A stretch of 63,016 nucleotides of DNA, filler included, from Nitrospirota bacterium (GCA_011620345.1; 9 parts of 9 records of this genome joined end to end with filler, not necessarily neighbours in it), one strand, 5' to 3'. Counted from the first letter of the whole stretch, positions 10,153-20,131 are shown. Made by a program: numbers and translations. Notes: generated from the letters alone by a model not told the origin.

Positions 10153-11300
10153 TGGATTTTTCGCTCCCAGAAAGCATCCTAGAGATGAAGAAGGTCGTTG
10201 CCGCGTTCGTGGCCAAGGGGGTGGACCCGAGGGCCAAGGAAATCGAAGAGGCGGACGCCATTCCTGAGGACATCGTTGCCAAGTGCAAGGATATGGGGCT
10301 TTTTGGCCTTGGCATTCCAGAAAACTACGGCGGGCTTGGGCTTGGCATGGTGGGCCGTGCGGCGATTTTAGAAGAGCTCGGCAAAACGATCAACGGGTTC
10401 ACGACGTTCATCGGAGGGCATGTGGGAATCGGAACGGTCGGCATCGTCGCTTTTGGTTCCAAGGACCAAAAGCTGCGCTATCTCCCAAAAATGGCCTCTG
10501 GCGACTGGATCGGGGCGTTTGCCCTAACAGAGCCGGATGCAGGGTCGGATGCGGCATCTCTCAAGACCACGGCCGTAAAGAAAGGGGAGCGCTACGTTCT
10601 AAACGGCTCGAAGCACTTCATCACGAACGGCGATGTCGCCCACGTCTTTACCGTCATGGCCAAAACCGACCCCAAGGCGGGGCCTAGGGGGATCAGCTCA
10701 TTCCTCGTCGAAAAGGGCTTCCCCGGGCTTCGTGTGGGCAAGCTCGAGAAAAAAATGGGGCTTAAAGGCTCGCACACGACCGGGCTGTCCTTTGAAGACT
10801 GCGAGGTTCCTGAAGAGAACCTTCTTGGCAAGGAAGGGGAAGGGTTTGTAAACGCGCTTAAGGTGCTCACGAACGGGAGAGCTGGCCTGGCCGCGAGGAA
10901 CCTGGGTTCCTGCCAGAAGCTTTTGGAGCTAAGCCTAGCCTACGCAAGCGAGCGTGTGCAGTTTGGCAGGCCCATCCTTGCCCAGCCGGCCATTCGTCAC
11001 TACTTGGCCGAGATGGCCACGGAAGTCGAGCTGGTGCGCTCGATGGTATACCGCGTGGCCTGGATGGTGGATCAAGGTCAAAACGTGATCAAAGAGGCGG
11101 CCATGGTCAAGCTGTTCGCCTCCGAGGCGTACAACCGCATCGCGGACAAGGCGCTCCAGGTCCACGGCGGGATGGGCTACATGTGCGACATGCCCATCGA
11201 GCGCTACTACAGGGACGCCAGGATCACCCGCATTTACGAGGGCACTTCCGAAATTCAAAAGAACATCATCGCCCGGGAGCTCGAAAAGGGGCTTGAATGA
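10152..11300 (+). CDS. Acyl-CoA dehydrogenase
   Basis: ALTEPDAGSD, GSKHFITNG, RVQFGRP, QVHGGMGY, RIYEGTSEIQ; TGATG overlap with upstream gene. Confidence 0.93.
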   Translation: MDFSLPESILEMKKVVAAFVAKGVDPRAKEIEEADAIPEDIVAKCKDMGLFGLGIPENYGGLGLGMVGRAAILEELGKTINGFTTFIGGHVGIGTVGIVAFGSKDQKLRYLPKMASGDWIGAFALTEPDAGSDAASLKTTAVKKGERYVLNGSKHFITNGDVAHVFTVMAKTDPKAGPRGISSFLVEKGFPGLRVGKLEKKMGLKGSHTTGLSFEDCEVPEENLLGKEGEGFVNALKVLTNGRAGLAARNLGSCQKLLELSLAYASERVQFGRPILAQPAIRHYLAEMATEVELVRSMVYRVAWMVDQGQNVIKEAAMVKLFASEAYNRIADKALQVHGGMGYMCDMPIERYYRDARITRIYEGTSEIQKNIIARELEKGLE

Positions 11301-12553
11301 TGCAAAGATGGGTCAGCCCCAGCCAGGCGATCGCGCGCATCGGCTCGTTCCAGAGCGTGGCCATGGGTGCGATGTGCGCGGAGCCCCCGGTGCTCGCACT
11401 CGAGCTCGCCCGTCAGGCTCCAAGGCTTGAGGGCGTCGCGCTGTACATCTCGGCACTAGGAAGCCCCTGCCCTTACGCAACGCCAAGCTTTCGAGGAAGC
11501 TTCAAGATTCGGCCCTTGCTTTCCTCTTTTGCCCTAAAAGAAGCCTCAGAGGCGGGCATGGTGGAATACCTGCCGGTCAACTTCAGCGAGGCCCCAAGGC
11601 TTTTTGAGACGCTCAGGCCGGATATCGCCCTCATCCAGGCAACCCCGCCCGATGAAAAGGGGCGCTTTGGCCTTGGGTTGGCCTGTGATTACACGCTTGC
11701 TTTGGCAAGAAGCGCAAAATGCGTGATCGTCGAAGTAAACCCCGCCATGCCGCGGGTGTTCGGCGAAGGATCGCTGGGTGAGGAAGAAATAGACCTTCTC
11801 GTGGAAGGGGGCGAACCCCCCTACGCGCTCCCTAAAAAGCCCCCCAGCAAGGAAGAGGCTATGATCGCCCTCCATGTGGCGGGGCTCATCCCGGACGGGG
11901 CGACAATCGAAATAGGGATCGGGGCTTTGGCGGGCGCGATTCTTAAGGCGCTCGAAGGCAAGAAAGACCTAAGCCTTCATACGGGCACGTTTCCCGAAGA
12001 GGCCTTCTTGCTTATCGAAAAAGGCGCCGTTCAGAACACGAGCAAAGGCAGGGACTCAGGCAGGATCGTGGCCAGCAACTTGGCTGGCACCGAGGCGCTG
12101 TATGCGTGTGCCAAAGAAAACCCCCTCGTAGAGCTAAGGCCCACGGATTACACCCACCATGCCCGGACGCTTTCGACAATCCCAAAGTTCTTCGCCATCA
12201 ACCAAGCGATTGAGGTGGACCTCGCGGGACAAATCAACGCCGAGAGGCTTGGAGGCCTTATGGTTGGGGGCGTGGCGGGCCAGGCGGATTTCATGCGGGG
12301 GGCCGTGGCCTCTCATGGAGGGGCCTCGATCGTTGCGCTCCCTTCCACCGCCAAAGGGGGTTCGGTTTCAAGGATCGTCCCAAGCTTAGCGCATGTGACC
12401 TCGGCCAAATCCGACGTGCACGCGATCGTCACGGAGTTCGGCGTTGCCAGGCTCTTTGGCCAAACGCTCCCCAAGAGGGCCGAAGCGCTCATCGGCATCG
12501 CCCATCCCGCGTTCCAGAAAGGGCTCGAAGAGGCCCTCAAGGCGATACACTGA
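11297..12553 (+). CDS. Acetyl-CoA hydrolase / 4-hydroxybutyrate CoA-transferase family protein
   Basis: EVNPAMP, IPDGATIEIGIG, INQAIEVDLAGQ, GVAGQADF, SRIVP, VTEFGVA. Confidence 0.88.
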   Translation: MMQRWVSPSQAIARIGSFQSVAMGAMCAEPPVLALELARQAPRLEGVALYISALGSPCPYATPSFRGSFKIRPLLSSFALKEASEAGMVEYLPVNFSEAPRLFETLRPDIALIQATPPDEKGRFGLGLACDYTLALARSAKCVIVEVNPAMPRVFGEGSLGEEEIDLLVEGGEPPYALPKKPPSKEEAMIALHVAGLIPDGATIEIGIGALAGAILKALEGKKDLSLHTGTFPEEAFLLIEKGAVQNTSKGRDSGRIVASNLAGTEALYACAKENPLVELRPTDYTHHARTLSTIPKFFAINQAIEVDLAGQINAERLGGLMVGGVAGQADFMRGAVASHGGASIVALPSTAKGGSVSRIVPSLAHVTSAKSDVHAIVTEFGVARLFGQTLPKRAEALIGIAHPAFQKGLEEALKAIH

Positions 12554-12565
12554 AAGGAGTTTGCC

Positions 12566-13969
12566 ATGCCAGGCATCGTTCGGATCGGTACCTACCTTCC
12601 CCGCCATCGGCTTTCGGCGGCAACCCAGGGCTGGCCCCATGCCAGCTCCCGCGCCGTAGCCTACCACGACCAAGATAGCCTAACGCTTGCCATAGAGGCT
12701 TCGAGGCGCTGCCTTATGGGGTTTGATCTAGACAAAGTGGACGCGGTGTTTTTTGTGAGCACCTCCTCGCCCTTCTTAGAAAAGCTCTCAAGCGCCTTCC
12801 TTGCGGCAGGGTTGGGGCTACGAAGCGATGTGCTTGCGCTCGACATTGCCGGATCGCCCGCAGGCCTTGGTGCCGCGCTCGAGGCGGGGCTTGGGATGAT
12901 CGCCTCGAACAGGGCTCGCTACGTCCTGATCGCCTCGGGCGATTGCCGGGACGCCATGCCCTTTTCTTCGATCGAGGCGCTAAGCTCGGATACAGGAGGG
13001 GCCGTGCTGCTCGGCCGGCAGGGCGTCATCGCAGAGCTTGAAGGATCGAGTTTTCTTACGCTCCCCATCCTCGATACCTGGCAGTTACGCCATGAGCGCT
13101 ACTTAAAAGACACCGAGGAGCGCTTTATCCAAGAGAAGGGCTATCTAAGCGCCCTTCCAAAGGCAATGGAAGGCCTGCTTCAAAAAATGGGTGCCGGGGT
13201 ACATGACTTTGCCTATGCAGGCATCGCACAACCCGACCCAAGGCGCCTTGGCCAGGCGGCCAAGGCGTTGGGGCTTGGCCAAAAGGGCCTTCTAGGCGAG
13301 CGCCTGTACAAGGAGCTTGGCTACCTCGGCTGCTCTACGCCCGCGTTCTTGCTCGAGGAGGCGCTTCAAACGATGACCTCTGGAGAGCGAGCACTCCTTT
13401 TGGGTTACGGCGACGGGGCGTTCGCGATCGCGCTCAAGGCCGCCCAAGGGCTTGAAAAAGCAAGGCCAAAGAATGCGTCCTGGCTCTTTAGGGACGTGGC
13501 GCACTACACGGACATCTTAAAATGGAAAGAGCACGTGCTTTACGCCCCCAGGGCAAGAAGGCCGTCTTTAGACCCGTCCTCCCCGATCTCTCTTTTTCGT
13601 GAGCGCCAGCAGAATTTGGCGCTCGTCGGCGTGCGCTGCAAAGGTTGCGGCTACCCTCAGTATCCAGCTCAACGGCTGTGCACTCGCTGCAGGGGGACGG
13701 ATTTTGCCCCCGAGCCCTTTGCCGAAAAACGCGCCACACTCTTTACTTATTCGCTGGACACCTTAGGCCCAACGCCCGACCCACCCTTGATCGTGTGCTT
13801 CATCGATTTTGAGGGCGGAGGAAGGATGCAGTGCCTGATGACGGATGCCGACCCCAAAGAGCTAAACATCGGGATGCCGCTTGAAATGACGTTCCGGAGG
13901 CTATTTGTGGCGGATGGCATCCCCAACTACTTCTGGAAATGTACGCCCATGAGGGAGGGCAAGTCATGA
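12566..13969 (+). CDS. HMG-CoA synthase-like protein fused to DUF35 Zn-ribbon/OB-fold domain
   Basis: GTYLPRHRL, DQDSLTLA, GYGDG; C-terminal CKGC..PQYP....CTRC and GMPLEMTFR. Confidence 0.8.
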   Translation: MPGIVRIGTYLPRHRLSAATQGWPHASSRAVAYHDQDSLTLAIEASRRCLMGFDLDKVDAVFFVSTSSPFLEKLSSAFLAAGLGLRSDVLALDIAGSPAGLGAALEAGLGMIASNRARYVLIASGDCRDAMPFSSIEALSSDTGGAVLLGRQGVIAELEGSSFLTLPILDTWQLRHERYLKDTEERFIQEKGYLSALPKAMEGLLQKMGAGVHDFAYAGIAQPDPRRLGQAAKALGLGQKGLLGERLYKELGYLGCSTPAFLLEEALQTMTSGERALLLGYGDGAFAIALKAAQGLEKARPKNASWLFRDVAHYTDILKWKEHVLYAPRARRPSLDPSSPISLFRERQQNLALVGVRCKGCGYPQYPAQRLCTRCRGTDFAPEPFAEKRATLFTYSLDTLGPTPDPPLIVCFIDFEGGGRMQCLMTDADPKELNIGMPLEMTFRRLFVADGIPNYFWKCTPMREGKS

Positions 13970-15153
13970 GCGGGATAACGGATAAAATCGCCATCGTCGG
14001 GATGGGATGCACGAAGTTTGGAGAGCACTGGGACAAGGGTCTCGAAGACTTGATCGTCGAGGCCGCGCTCGAGGCCTTTTCTGATGCCCAAATCGAGGCC
14101 AAAGACATCGAGGCCGCGTGGTTTGGGATGCAGTACGCCATCGGCACGGCCCGTGGCACCCCCTTGGCGCACGCCTTGAAGCTCGATTACATCCCGATCA
14201 CGCGCGTCGAGAACGCCTGCTGCACGGGAACGGACGCCTTTCGCAACGCCTGCTTCGGTGTGGCCAGCGGGATGTACGAGACCGCACTCGTCGTGGGCGT
14301 CGAAAAAATCAAAGATTCGGGGCTCTCTGGCCTGCCCGTCTCGTACGCCCCCATCTGGGGCTCGCGGGTTGAACCGCCCGTACCCGCGCCCGTCCAGTTC
14401 GCGCTGGCCGCGACGCGCTACTTTGCAACCTACGGCCTGAGCTACGAGGAGGGTAAGCGCCTTTTGGCCAAAATCGCCGTAAAGAACCACAAAAACGGCG
14501 TGAAGCACCCCAAGGCACACCTGCGCCGCGAAATCAGCCTCGAAGACGCCTTAAAGGCCCCGCTTGTGGCCTGGCCCTTGGGGCTTTTCGACTGCTGCCC
14601 GGTAAGCGACGGCGCGGCCGCCGCCATCATTACGACCCCCGAGAAGGCAAGAAGGCTTGGCCGCCCTTACACGCTCGTCAAGGGGATAGGGCTTGCCTGC
14701 GGGGCAAGGCAAGCCCTCTTAGACGATGCCTACGATATGGTCCACTTTGAAGAGACCGTCCGCGCGGCCAAACAGGCCTACGACCAGGCGGGCATCAAAA
14801 ACCCGCGCGAGGAAATAAGCCTGGCCGTCGTTCACGATTGCTTCACGATCACCGAGCTCATCATCTACGAAGACTTGGGGCTCAGCTCTAGGGGCAGGGC
14901 CAAGGAGGACATCGATTCGGGATTCTTCGAGATTGACGGGGGGCTTCCTGTCAACACGGACGGTGGCCTGAAGTGCTTTGGACACCCGATCGGGGCCTCG
15001 GGCCTGAGGATGCTCTACGAGGTCCACAACCAGCTCCTTGGAAGGCCCTTGGGGCTCAAGGTTGAAAACCCAAGGCTCGGCCTGACCCACAACCTTGGCG
15101 GCCATCCGGGGCATTTCACCTGCGCGGTGTGCGTACTGGGGCAAGGAACGTGA
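13966..15153 (+). CDS. SCP-x-type thiolase (acetyl-CoA acetyltransferase)
   Basis: RVENACCTG nucleophile, DCCPVSDGAAA, HDCFT, GHPIGASG, HNLGG; ATGA overlap. Confidence 0.9.
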   Translation: MSGITDKIAIVGMGCTKFGEHWDKGLEDLIVEAALEAFSDAQIEAKDIEAAWFGMQYAIGTARGTPLAHALKLDYIPITRVENACCTGTDAFRNACFGVASGMYETALVVGVEKIKDSGLSGLPVSYAPIWGSRVEPPVPAPVQFALAATRYFATYGLSYEEGKRLLAKIAVKNHKNGVKHPKAHLRREISLEDALKAPLVAWPLGLFDCCPVSDGAAAAIITTPEKARRLGRPYTLVKGIGLACGARQALLDDAYDMVHFEETVRAAKQAYDQAGIKNPREEISLAVVHDCFTITELIIYEDLGLSSRGRAKEDIDSGFFEIDGGLPVNTDGGLKCFGHPIGASGLRMLYEVHNQLLGRPLGLKVENPRLGLTHNLGGHPGHFTCAVCVLGQGT

Positions 15154-15317
15154 ATCAAAAGGGGAAGCTAAAAAAGAAGGGCAAAAAAGTTCGCTACCTC
15201 TTGAGCTTTTCGATCGAGATCGAGGCAGAGAACCGCTTCAGGATGACGGAGAACTAGGTTATCCTAGGTAATGTGTCCAATAGCCCGAGCAAAGGGTGTT
15301 TTGAAGCTAAGAGGATA

Positions 15318-15412
15318 ATGGCCGTGCTGATTTCGGAACATTTCACGCCTGTATCCGCGCTACTTGGCGGGGTCATTCTTGGTTTGGCCGCTTCGCTGGC
15401 GTGGGTTTTGCT
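15318..15412 (+). CDS. YeeE/YedE-family membrane protein, N-terminal part cut by contig end
   Basis: HFTPVSALLGGVILGLAASL matches the typical N-terminus; GAGG upstream. Confidence 0.6.
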
Positions 15413-15512
15413 NNNNNNNNNNNNNNNNNNNNNNNNNNNNNNNNNNNNNNNNNNNNTTAATTAATTAANNNNNNNNNNNNNNNNNNNNNNNNNNNNNNNN
15501 NNNNNNNNNNNN
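15413..15512. other. Artificial contig spacer
   Basis: 100 bp of N with TTAATTAATTAA. Confidence 0.99.
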
Positions 15513-15519
15513 GTTGAGG

Positions 15520-15969
15520 CTATACGCCGCGCTTGATGTCCTGAATTATCTGGTCGAGGTTCTGCAGGAACCGGGAACGATCCCGCTTTTGGAAGGGCGG
15601 AGGCCCGCCGGACATGACCCCTGCCCCGCGGAGTTCGGACAAAAGGTTCCTTGTCGCCAGCATCGGCCCGATGTTGGCATCGCTGATCACCCTGCCCGTT
15701 GGAGTGAGCACCCGTGCACCTTTCTTGATGCACCTCGAAGCGAACTGGATGTCTGCGGTCACCACGATGTCGTTTGCAGAGGCACGTTCGGCGATCCAGT
15801 CGTCCGCGGCGTCGAACTGACCCTTGACGACGACCCATTGCGCCGCCGTATCGCCTGGAAGGCGCATCAAGGCGTTGGATACGAAGATCACTCCAAGGCC
15901 GTAGCGCTTGGCTACCTTCAGAACTTCCTGCTTCACCGGGCAGGCATCGGCATCGACGTAGACCTGCAA
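15520..15969 (-). CDS. YaiI/YqxD (DUF188) family protein
   Basis: VDADACPVK, DAADDWI, VVTADI, GGPPPF..RDRSRF; TTG start inferred. Confidence 0.88.
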   Translation of the reverse strand: MQVYVDADACPVKQEVLKVAKRYGLGVIFVSNALMRLPGDTAAQWVVVKGQFDAADDWIAERASANDIVVTADIQFASRCIKKGARVLTPTGRVISDANIGPMLATRNLLSELRGAGVMSGGPPPFQKRDRSRFLQNLDQIIQDIKRGV

Positions 15970-15973
15970 CTGG

Positions 15974-16819
15974 CTATCCGATTGCCGCTTTGAGCGCCTG
16001 CTCCAGCGTGGCGAAGGTAGGAACGTCCTTGAGGTCGACTCCGAGCCCCGTAAGAGTCCGGGACAACTGAGGCTTGATCCCGCAAAGAAACGTTTTTGCT
16101 CCAAGCAGCCGGAGCGCCTGGATGAGGCGGATCACCTCGGAGGCCACCTGGGTGTCCACGTGCGCCAAGCCAGACAGGTCCAGAAGAACGGCCCTGGGCT
16201 TTTGCCCGGCCACGGCCGCCAGAAGGCGCTCGCTCAAGTCGTGCATGCGCATCGAATCGTACCCGCCTAGCATCGGGACCATGAGCACCCTGCTCCAGAC
16301 GGGGATGACGGGCGTAGAGAGCTCCTTGATCGTCTCATTTTGGGCTTCGAGGGTCTCTTCGAGCATCGCCTTGGTCTTGGAAAGCTCGTCCCTGGCTTGC
16401 TGAAGGATCGCGTCGTAGCGGAGGGATGTCTCCACTGTAAGCCTTTGTAGGTTCCTTTGAAAACGCCTGAATAAGCTTTCGGACACCTCGGCACGGGCCA
16501 GCTCCATGATCTCGAAAGCGCCTTCGAGGAACGTTGCCGTTAGCACGTGAGCCCTGTAATGTGCGCGGGCCTGCCCCTCGGCAATCCTGGCAATGTCGGG
16601 CTCGTCCACGCTAAAAAATTCAAAAAGAAGGTCTCTCAGTTTTTCGATGAGTGCGTGGAACTGCGGATGCTCTCTTACGGCGCCTTGTCCTCGGACGCCG
16701 TATAGCGTCTCCAAGAATTGCAGCCTAGCTGGGTTCCGAACGTTGCCCAGCTCGAACGCCTCGGCCAGCTTCGCGGCAACCGTCTTCAAATGGGTTTCAT
16801 CCGATATGCCTGCTTGCAT
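15974..16819 (-). CDS. RsbR-like STAS-domain protein
   Basis: IKELSTPVIPVW, DLSGLAHVDTQVA, LLGA....GIKP, TLEQAL; GGAGG before the ATG at 16819. Confidence 0.82.
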   Translation of the reverse strand: MQAGISDETHLKTVAAKLAEAFELGNVRNPARLQFLETLYGVRGQGAVREHPQFHALIEKLRDLLFEFFSVDEPDIARIAEGQARAHYRAHVLTATFLEGAFEIMELARAEVSESLFRRFQRNLQRLTVETSLRYDAILQQARDELSKTKAMLEETLEAQNETIKELSTPVIPVWSRVLMVPMLGGYDSMRMHDLSERLLAAVAGQKPRAVLLDLSGLAHVDTQVASEVIRLIQALRLLGAKTFLCGIKPQLSRTLTGLGVDLKDVPTFATLEQALKAAIG

Positions 16820-17102
16820 TCCGATCCTCCTGTTGCTGCGGGGGTTGGCCTTGGAAGCGCTCTTTAAGGGGCGATGGGGCGCTTGCGTTTTTGATGTAGA
16901 AAGGCATAATACTGCCTTTACGTTAGCCTTTTTGGGAATTTTTTTCAAGCGTTTTCATTCCTTGGCGGACAAGGGGCAAGTTGGCCTTGGGAACCAAAAG
17001 AATATTGTCGCTTTTGGCCTGCTTGGGGGTAGCTCTTGTGCAACAAGCTTCTGAGGTAGAGCCAAAAAAAGGCCGCCGGACGGGGAGGCTTTTGGCGTTT
17101 AT

Positions 17103-18263
17103 TCAATACTCCTCGATGCGGTCTTTGTAGCGATCGAGACGCTCGATTAGCTCGCCCAGCGTGTCGCCGCCCAATTTCTGCAGGTATGCATCCGCCAAAA
17201 CGAAGGCGACCATTGCCTCGGCCACGACGCACATCGCGGGCACGGCGCAGGTATCCGAGCGTTCGATCTCGGCGGGTTCCGGCTGCTTGGTTCTGACGTT
17301 CACGCTTGGGAGAGGGTTCATGAGGGTGGCGATCGGCTTCATGAAGGCGCGTACAATCAGCTCTTCTCCCGTCGTCATGCCGCCTTCGAGACCACCGGAA
17401 CGGTTTGTCTTCCGATAAAACCCATTCTTTTTATCAAAGAAGATCGCATCGTGGACCTCCGACCCCTTTTTTTCGGCCGCTTCGAAGCCTTCACCGATCG
17501 CGACCGCCTTGATGGCCGGGATACTCGTCAGCGCCTGGGCGAGCCGGCCATCGAGCTTCAAGTCCCACTGGACATGGCTGCCAAGGCCTGGCACGAGGCC
17601 GAGCACCCGGACTTCGGCCACCCCGCCCAGCGTATCGCCGCCTTTTTTGGCCTGCTCGATCGCCTCGATCATGTCCGCCTCGGCGTTTGGGTCTATGCAG
17701 GCTACCTCCGAAGCAAGCGCCCTTTGCCAGTCGGCCTCATCTAGGCTTTGCTTGCTTGGGGCCTTTGCCTTTCCGATCGACAGAACATGGCCCAGCACGC
17801 GAACGCCGAGCGCTTGAAGGAGCAGCTTGCACAAAGCGCCGACGACGACCCTCGCGGCCGTCTCCCTTGCCGAGGCCCGCTCTAAGATGTCGCGAAGCTC
17901 GTGCGTGTGGTATTTGAACCCGCCCGCTAGGTCTGCATGGCCTGGCCTTGGACGGGTAACGGCCCTTTTGTCAGTTTGTTCGCCGAACGGGGCCATGACA
18001 TCCTGCCAGCTCTGGAAGTCTTCGTTCTCGATGCTTACAGCGATCGGGGATCCTAGCGTTTTACCGAACCGGACGCCCGAGAGGAAGTTGGGCGTGTCCG
18101 ATTCGATCTGCATCCTCCGGCCCCTTCCGTAACCCCCCTGTCTGCGTTTGAGCTCGGAGCGGACGCGTTCAACCTCGATGGGCAGCCCTTTAGGCATTCC
18201 ATCCAAAATGACGACGAGCCCCTTGCCGTGCGATTCTCCGGCCGTAAGAAACCGAAGTCCCAT
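17103..18263 (-). CDS. aroC: Chorismate synthase
   Basis: LTAGESHG, RRQGGYGRG, RPGHAD, ERASARET, MKPIATL, ERSD. Confidence 0.97.
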   Translation of the reverse strand: MGLRFLTAGESHGKGLVVILDGMPKGLPIEVERVRSELKRRQGGYGRGRRMQIESDTPNFLSGVRFGKTLGSPIAVSIENEDFQSWQDVMAPFGEQTDKRAVTRPRPGHADLAGGFKYHTHELRDILERASARETAARVVVGALCKLLLQALGVRVLGHVLSIGKAKAPSKQSLDEADWQRALASEVACIDPNAEADMIEAIEQAKKGGDTLGGVAEVRVLGLVPGLGSHVQWDLKLDGRLAQALTSIPAIKAVAIGEGFEAAEKKGSEVHDAIFFDKKNGFYRKTNRSGGLEGGMTTGEELIVRAFMKPIATLMNPLPSVNVRTKQPEPAEIERSDTCAVPAMCVVAEAMVAFVLADAYLQKLGGDTLGELIERLDRYKDRIEEY

Positions 18264-18265
18264 GC

Positions 18266-20131
18266 TTAGAGCGAGCCCCCCGTTTTGATGATTCGGGGAG
18301 TGATGAAGATGACGAGCTCCATCGTTGTTTTTTGGAAATCGTGGCGCTTGAACGCGTATCCTAAGATCGGGAGGTTCGAAAGAAGAGGGATGCCCCCCTT
18401 GTTCTTCTGATCGGCGAGCTGAAACACCCCGCCGATCACGGCCGTCTGGCCGTCGTCCACGATCATCTGCGAGCGCGCTTCCTGCTTATCGATGCCGTAA
18501 TCGCCCGTCTCGGAGAGGTAGGTCGGCTGGTCGTTTGTGACGTGGAGCTCCATGATGACCCTGCCGTCCGGGAGGATGTGTGGCAATACCTCAAGGAGCA
18601 GGTTTGCGTCTTTAAACTCCGTCTCGTACACGCTCTGCGTTTCAGGGGAGAGGTTCCTCACGGGCAATTGAACGCCCTGCTTAATCATCCCCTGCGTGTG
18701 GTTGACGACGATGATCCGGGGCTGCGAGACGAGCTTGGCCTGGTTTTTTTGCTCGAGTGCCCGGATAATGGCATCGACCGTGACGGTATTCGAGATATCG
18801 GTCAACCCGAACGTGAACACGCCCCCTTGGTAGCCCGGCATTTGGCTTCCGCCGAAGCGCCCCAAAGAGCCCTGAAGCCCTTGCCCGCCGCCTTGCTGCT
18901 GCGGGGTGAACGAGATGTTCGAGTCTGTCGACATATCGTGGGGAAAGACCGAGCCGAACGCGTTGCCGTGAGCCCTGTCGTTCCAGGTTTGCACCCTCCA
19001 GTCGATGCCGATGCTCTTTAGGGCATCGAAGCGCATCTGCACAATGCGCGATTCGATCAGACACTGCTGGGTTTCGATATCGAGCGCCCTATCCAAAAAC
19101 CCTCGGATCGTTTCGATTCTTTCTGGCGTGTCGTGGATGATAAGCGCGTTTGTCCGCTCATCGAACCCGATGTAGGCATCCTCGCGCCGGCTCTTGAGGT
19201 TTGCCAGCTTCTTGGCGAGGTCGGAGGCGTTTCCGTACTTGACGGGAACAACCTCGATGTTCAAGGGCTTTTTCAAGTCTTCTTGTTTGAGCGCATCCCA
19301 GCTCGAGATAAGGATGACCCCATTTTGCCTCTTCATGGCCAGGCCCTTCTGTTGCAAGACGACGTCCAGCGCCTTTTCCCAGGTCACGTTTCGCAGGTAG
19401 AGGGTAATCGTCCCGCCCACGTCCTCGCCCACGACGATATTCATCCCCGAGACGTCGGCCAGCACCCTGAAGACGTCCTTGACGTCCACGTCCTTGAAGT
19501 CGAGCGTGACAGGCTTGCCCACGTACTCTTCGGGCAGGACGTACTCGGCGGAAGGAACGAGGTCTTTGTTTTCCGGCGCCCGGAACCGCTCGGGTGCCCG
19601 GGTAGGCGGCTTGGGGATCTCTTTTTTGTAAAGCTCCTTAGGGGGTTGTTGCTCTATCGCGAAAAGCGCCTCCCTAGGCCATAGAGCGGCTTCTTCTTCC
19701 TTGCCTTGCGTCTTGGCGATCTTGTAGGGCTTTCCCTTTACAGGAGAAAGGGGTATCTGCGTAGGAGAAGGGGAGTCAAGGGCTATTTGGAGCGGCGGCA
19801 TTGCTCGCAATGCTTCTTCTTTTTGGTCAGGGCTGGGGTCAATGCCCTCTGGAGGGGCCGGTAAAGGATTCTGCTCCTGGACGGGCCGTTCGGACGATGA
19901 AACGGGGGCCGCCGGCTGGAGTAAAGGGCTAGACAGCCCCTTTTTGAGGATTTCGTTGGCGTAGGATTCGAAACTCCGCCAGTTCAGCAGGTAGGGGGGA
20001 GAAAGGGGAGGCTTGAGCAGTATCGTTTGGCTAGGGTCTATCGCCTCGATAGCGCTTGCGTCGTACGCCCCAAGCAAGGCCAGGATGCAGCAGGCCGCCC
20101 CTAGGGCGTGGCGGGTCAGCAAGGCGCTCAT
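18266..20131 (-). CDS. pilQ: Type IV pilus secretin PilQ
   Basis: Signal peptide, VTLDFKDVDVKDVFR, DERTNALII, IESRIV, GIPLLSNLPILG..F, ELVIFITPRI; start moved to 20131. Confidence 0.92.
   Translation of the reverse strand: MSALLTRHALGAACCILALLGAYDASAIEAIDPSQTILLKPPLSPPYLLNWRSFESYANEILKKGLSSPLLQPAAPVSSSERPVQEQNPLPAPPEGIDPSPDQKEEALRAMPPLQIALDSPSPTQIPLSPVKGKPYKIAKTQGKEEEAALWPREALFAIEQQPPKELYKKEIPKPPTRAPERFRAPENKDLVPSAEYVLPEEYVGKPVTLDFKDVDVKDVFRVLADVSGMNIVVGEDVGGTITLYLRNVTWEKALDVVLQQKGLAMKRQNGVILISSWDALKQEDLKKPLNIEVVPVKYGNASDLAKKLANLKSRREDAYIGFDERTNALIIHDTPERIETIRGFLDRALDIETQQCLIESRIVQMRFDALKSIGIDWRVQTWNDRAHGNAFGSVFPHDMSTDSNISFTPQQQGGGQGLQGSLGRFGGSQMPGYQGGVFTFGLTDISNTVTVDAIIRALEQKNQAKLVSQPRIIVVNHTQGMIKQGVQLPVRNLSPETQSVYETEFKDANLLLEVLPHILPDGRVIMELHVTNDQPTYLSETGDYGIDKQEARSQMIVDDGQTAVIGGVFQLADQKNKGGIPLLSNLPILGYAFKRHDFQKTTMELVIFITPRIIKTGGSL

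Noticed and set aside
15150-15257. 35-aa Lys-rich ORF overlapping the thiolase stop
   Set aside because: No recognisable motif; indistinguishable from chance.
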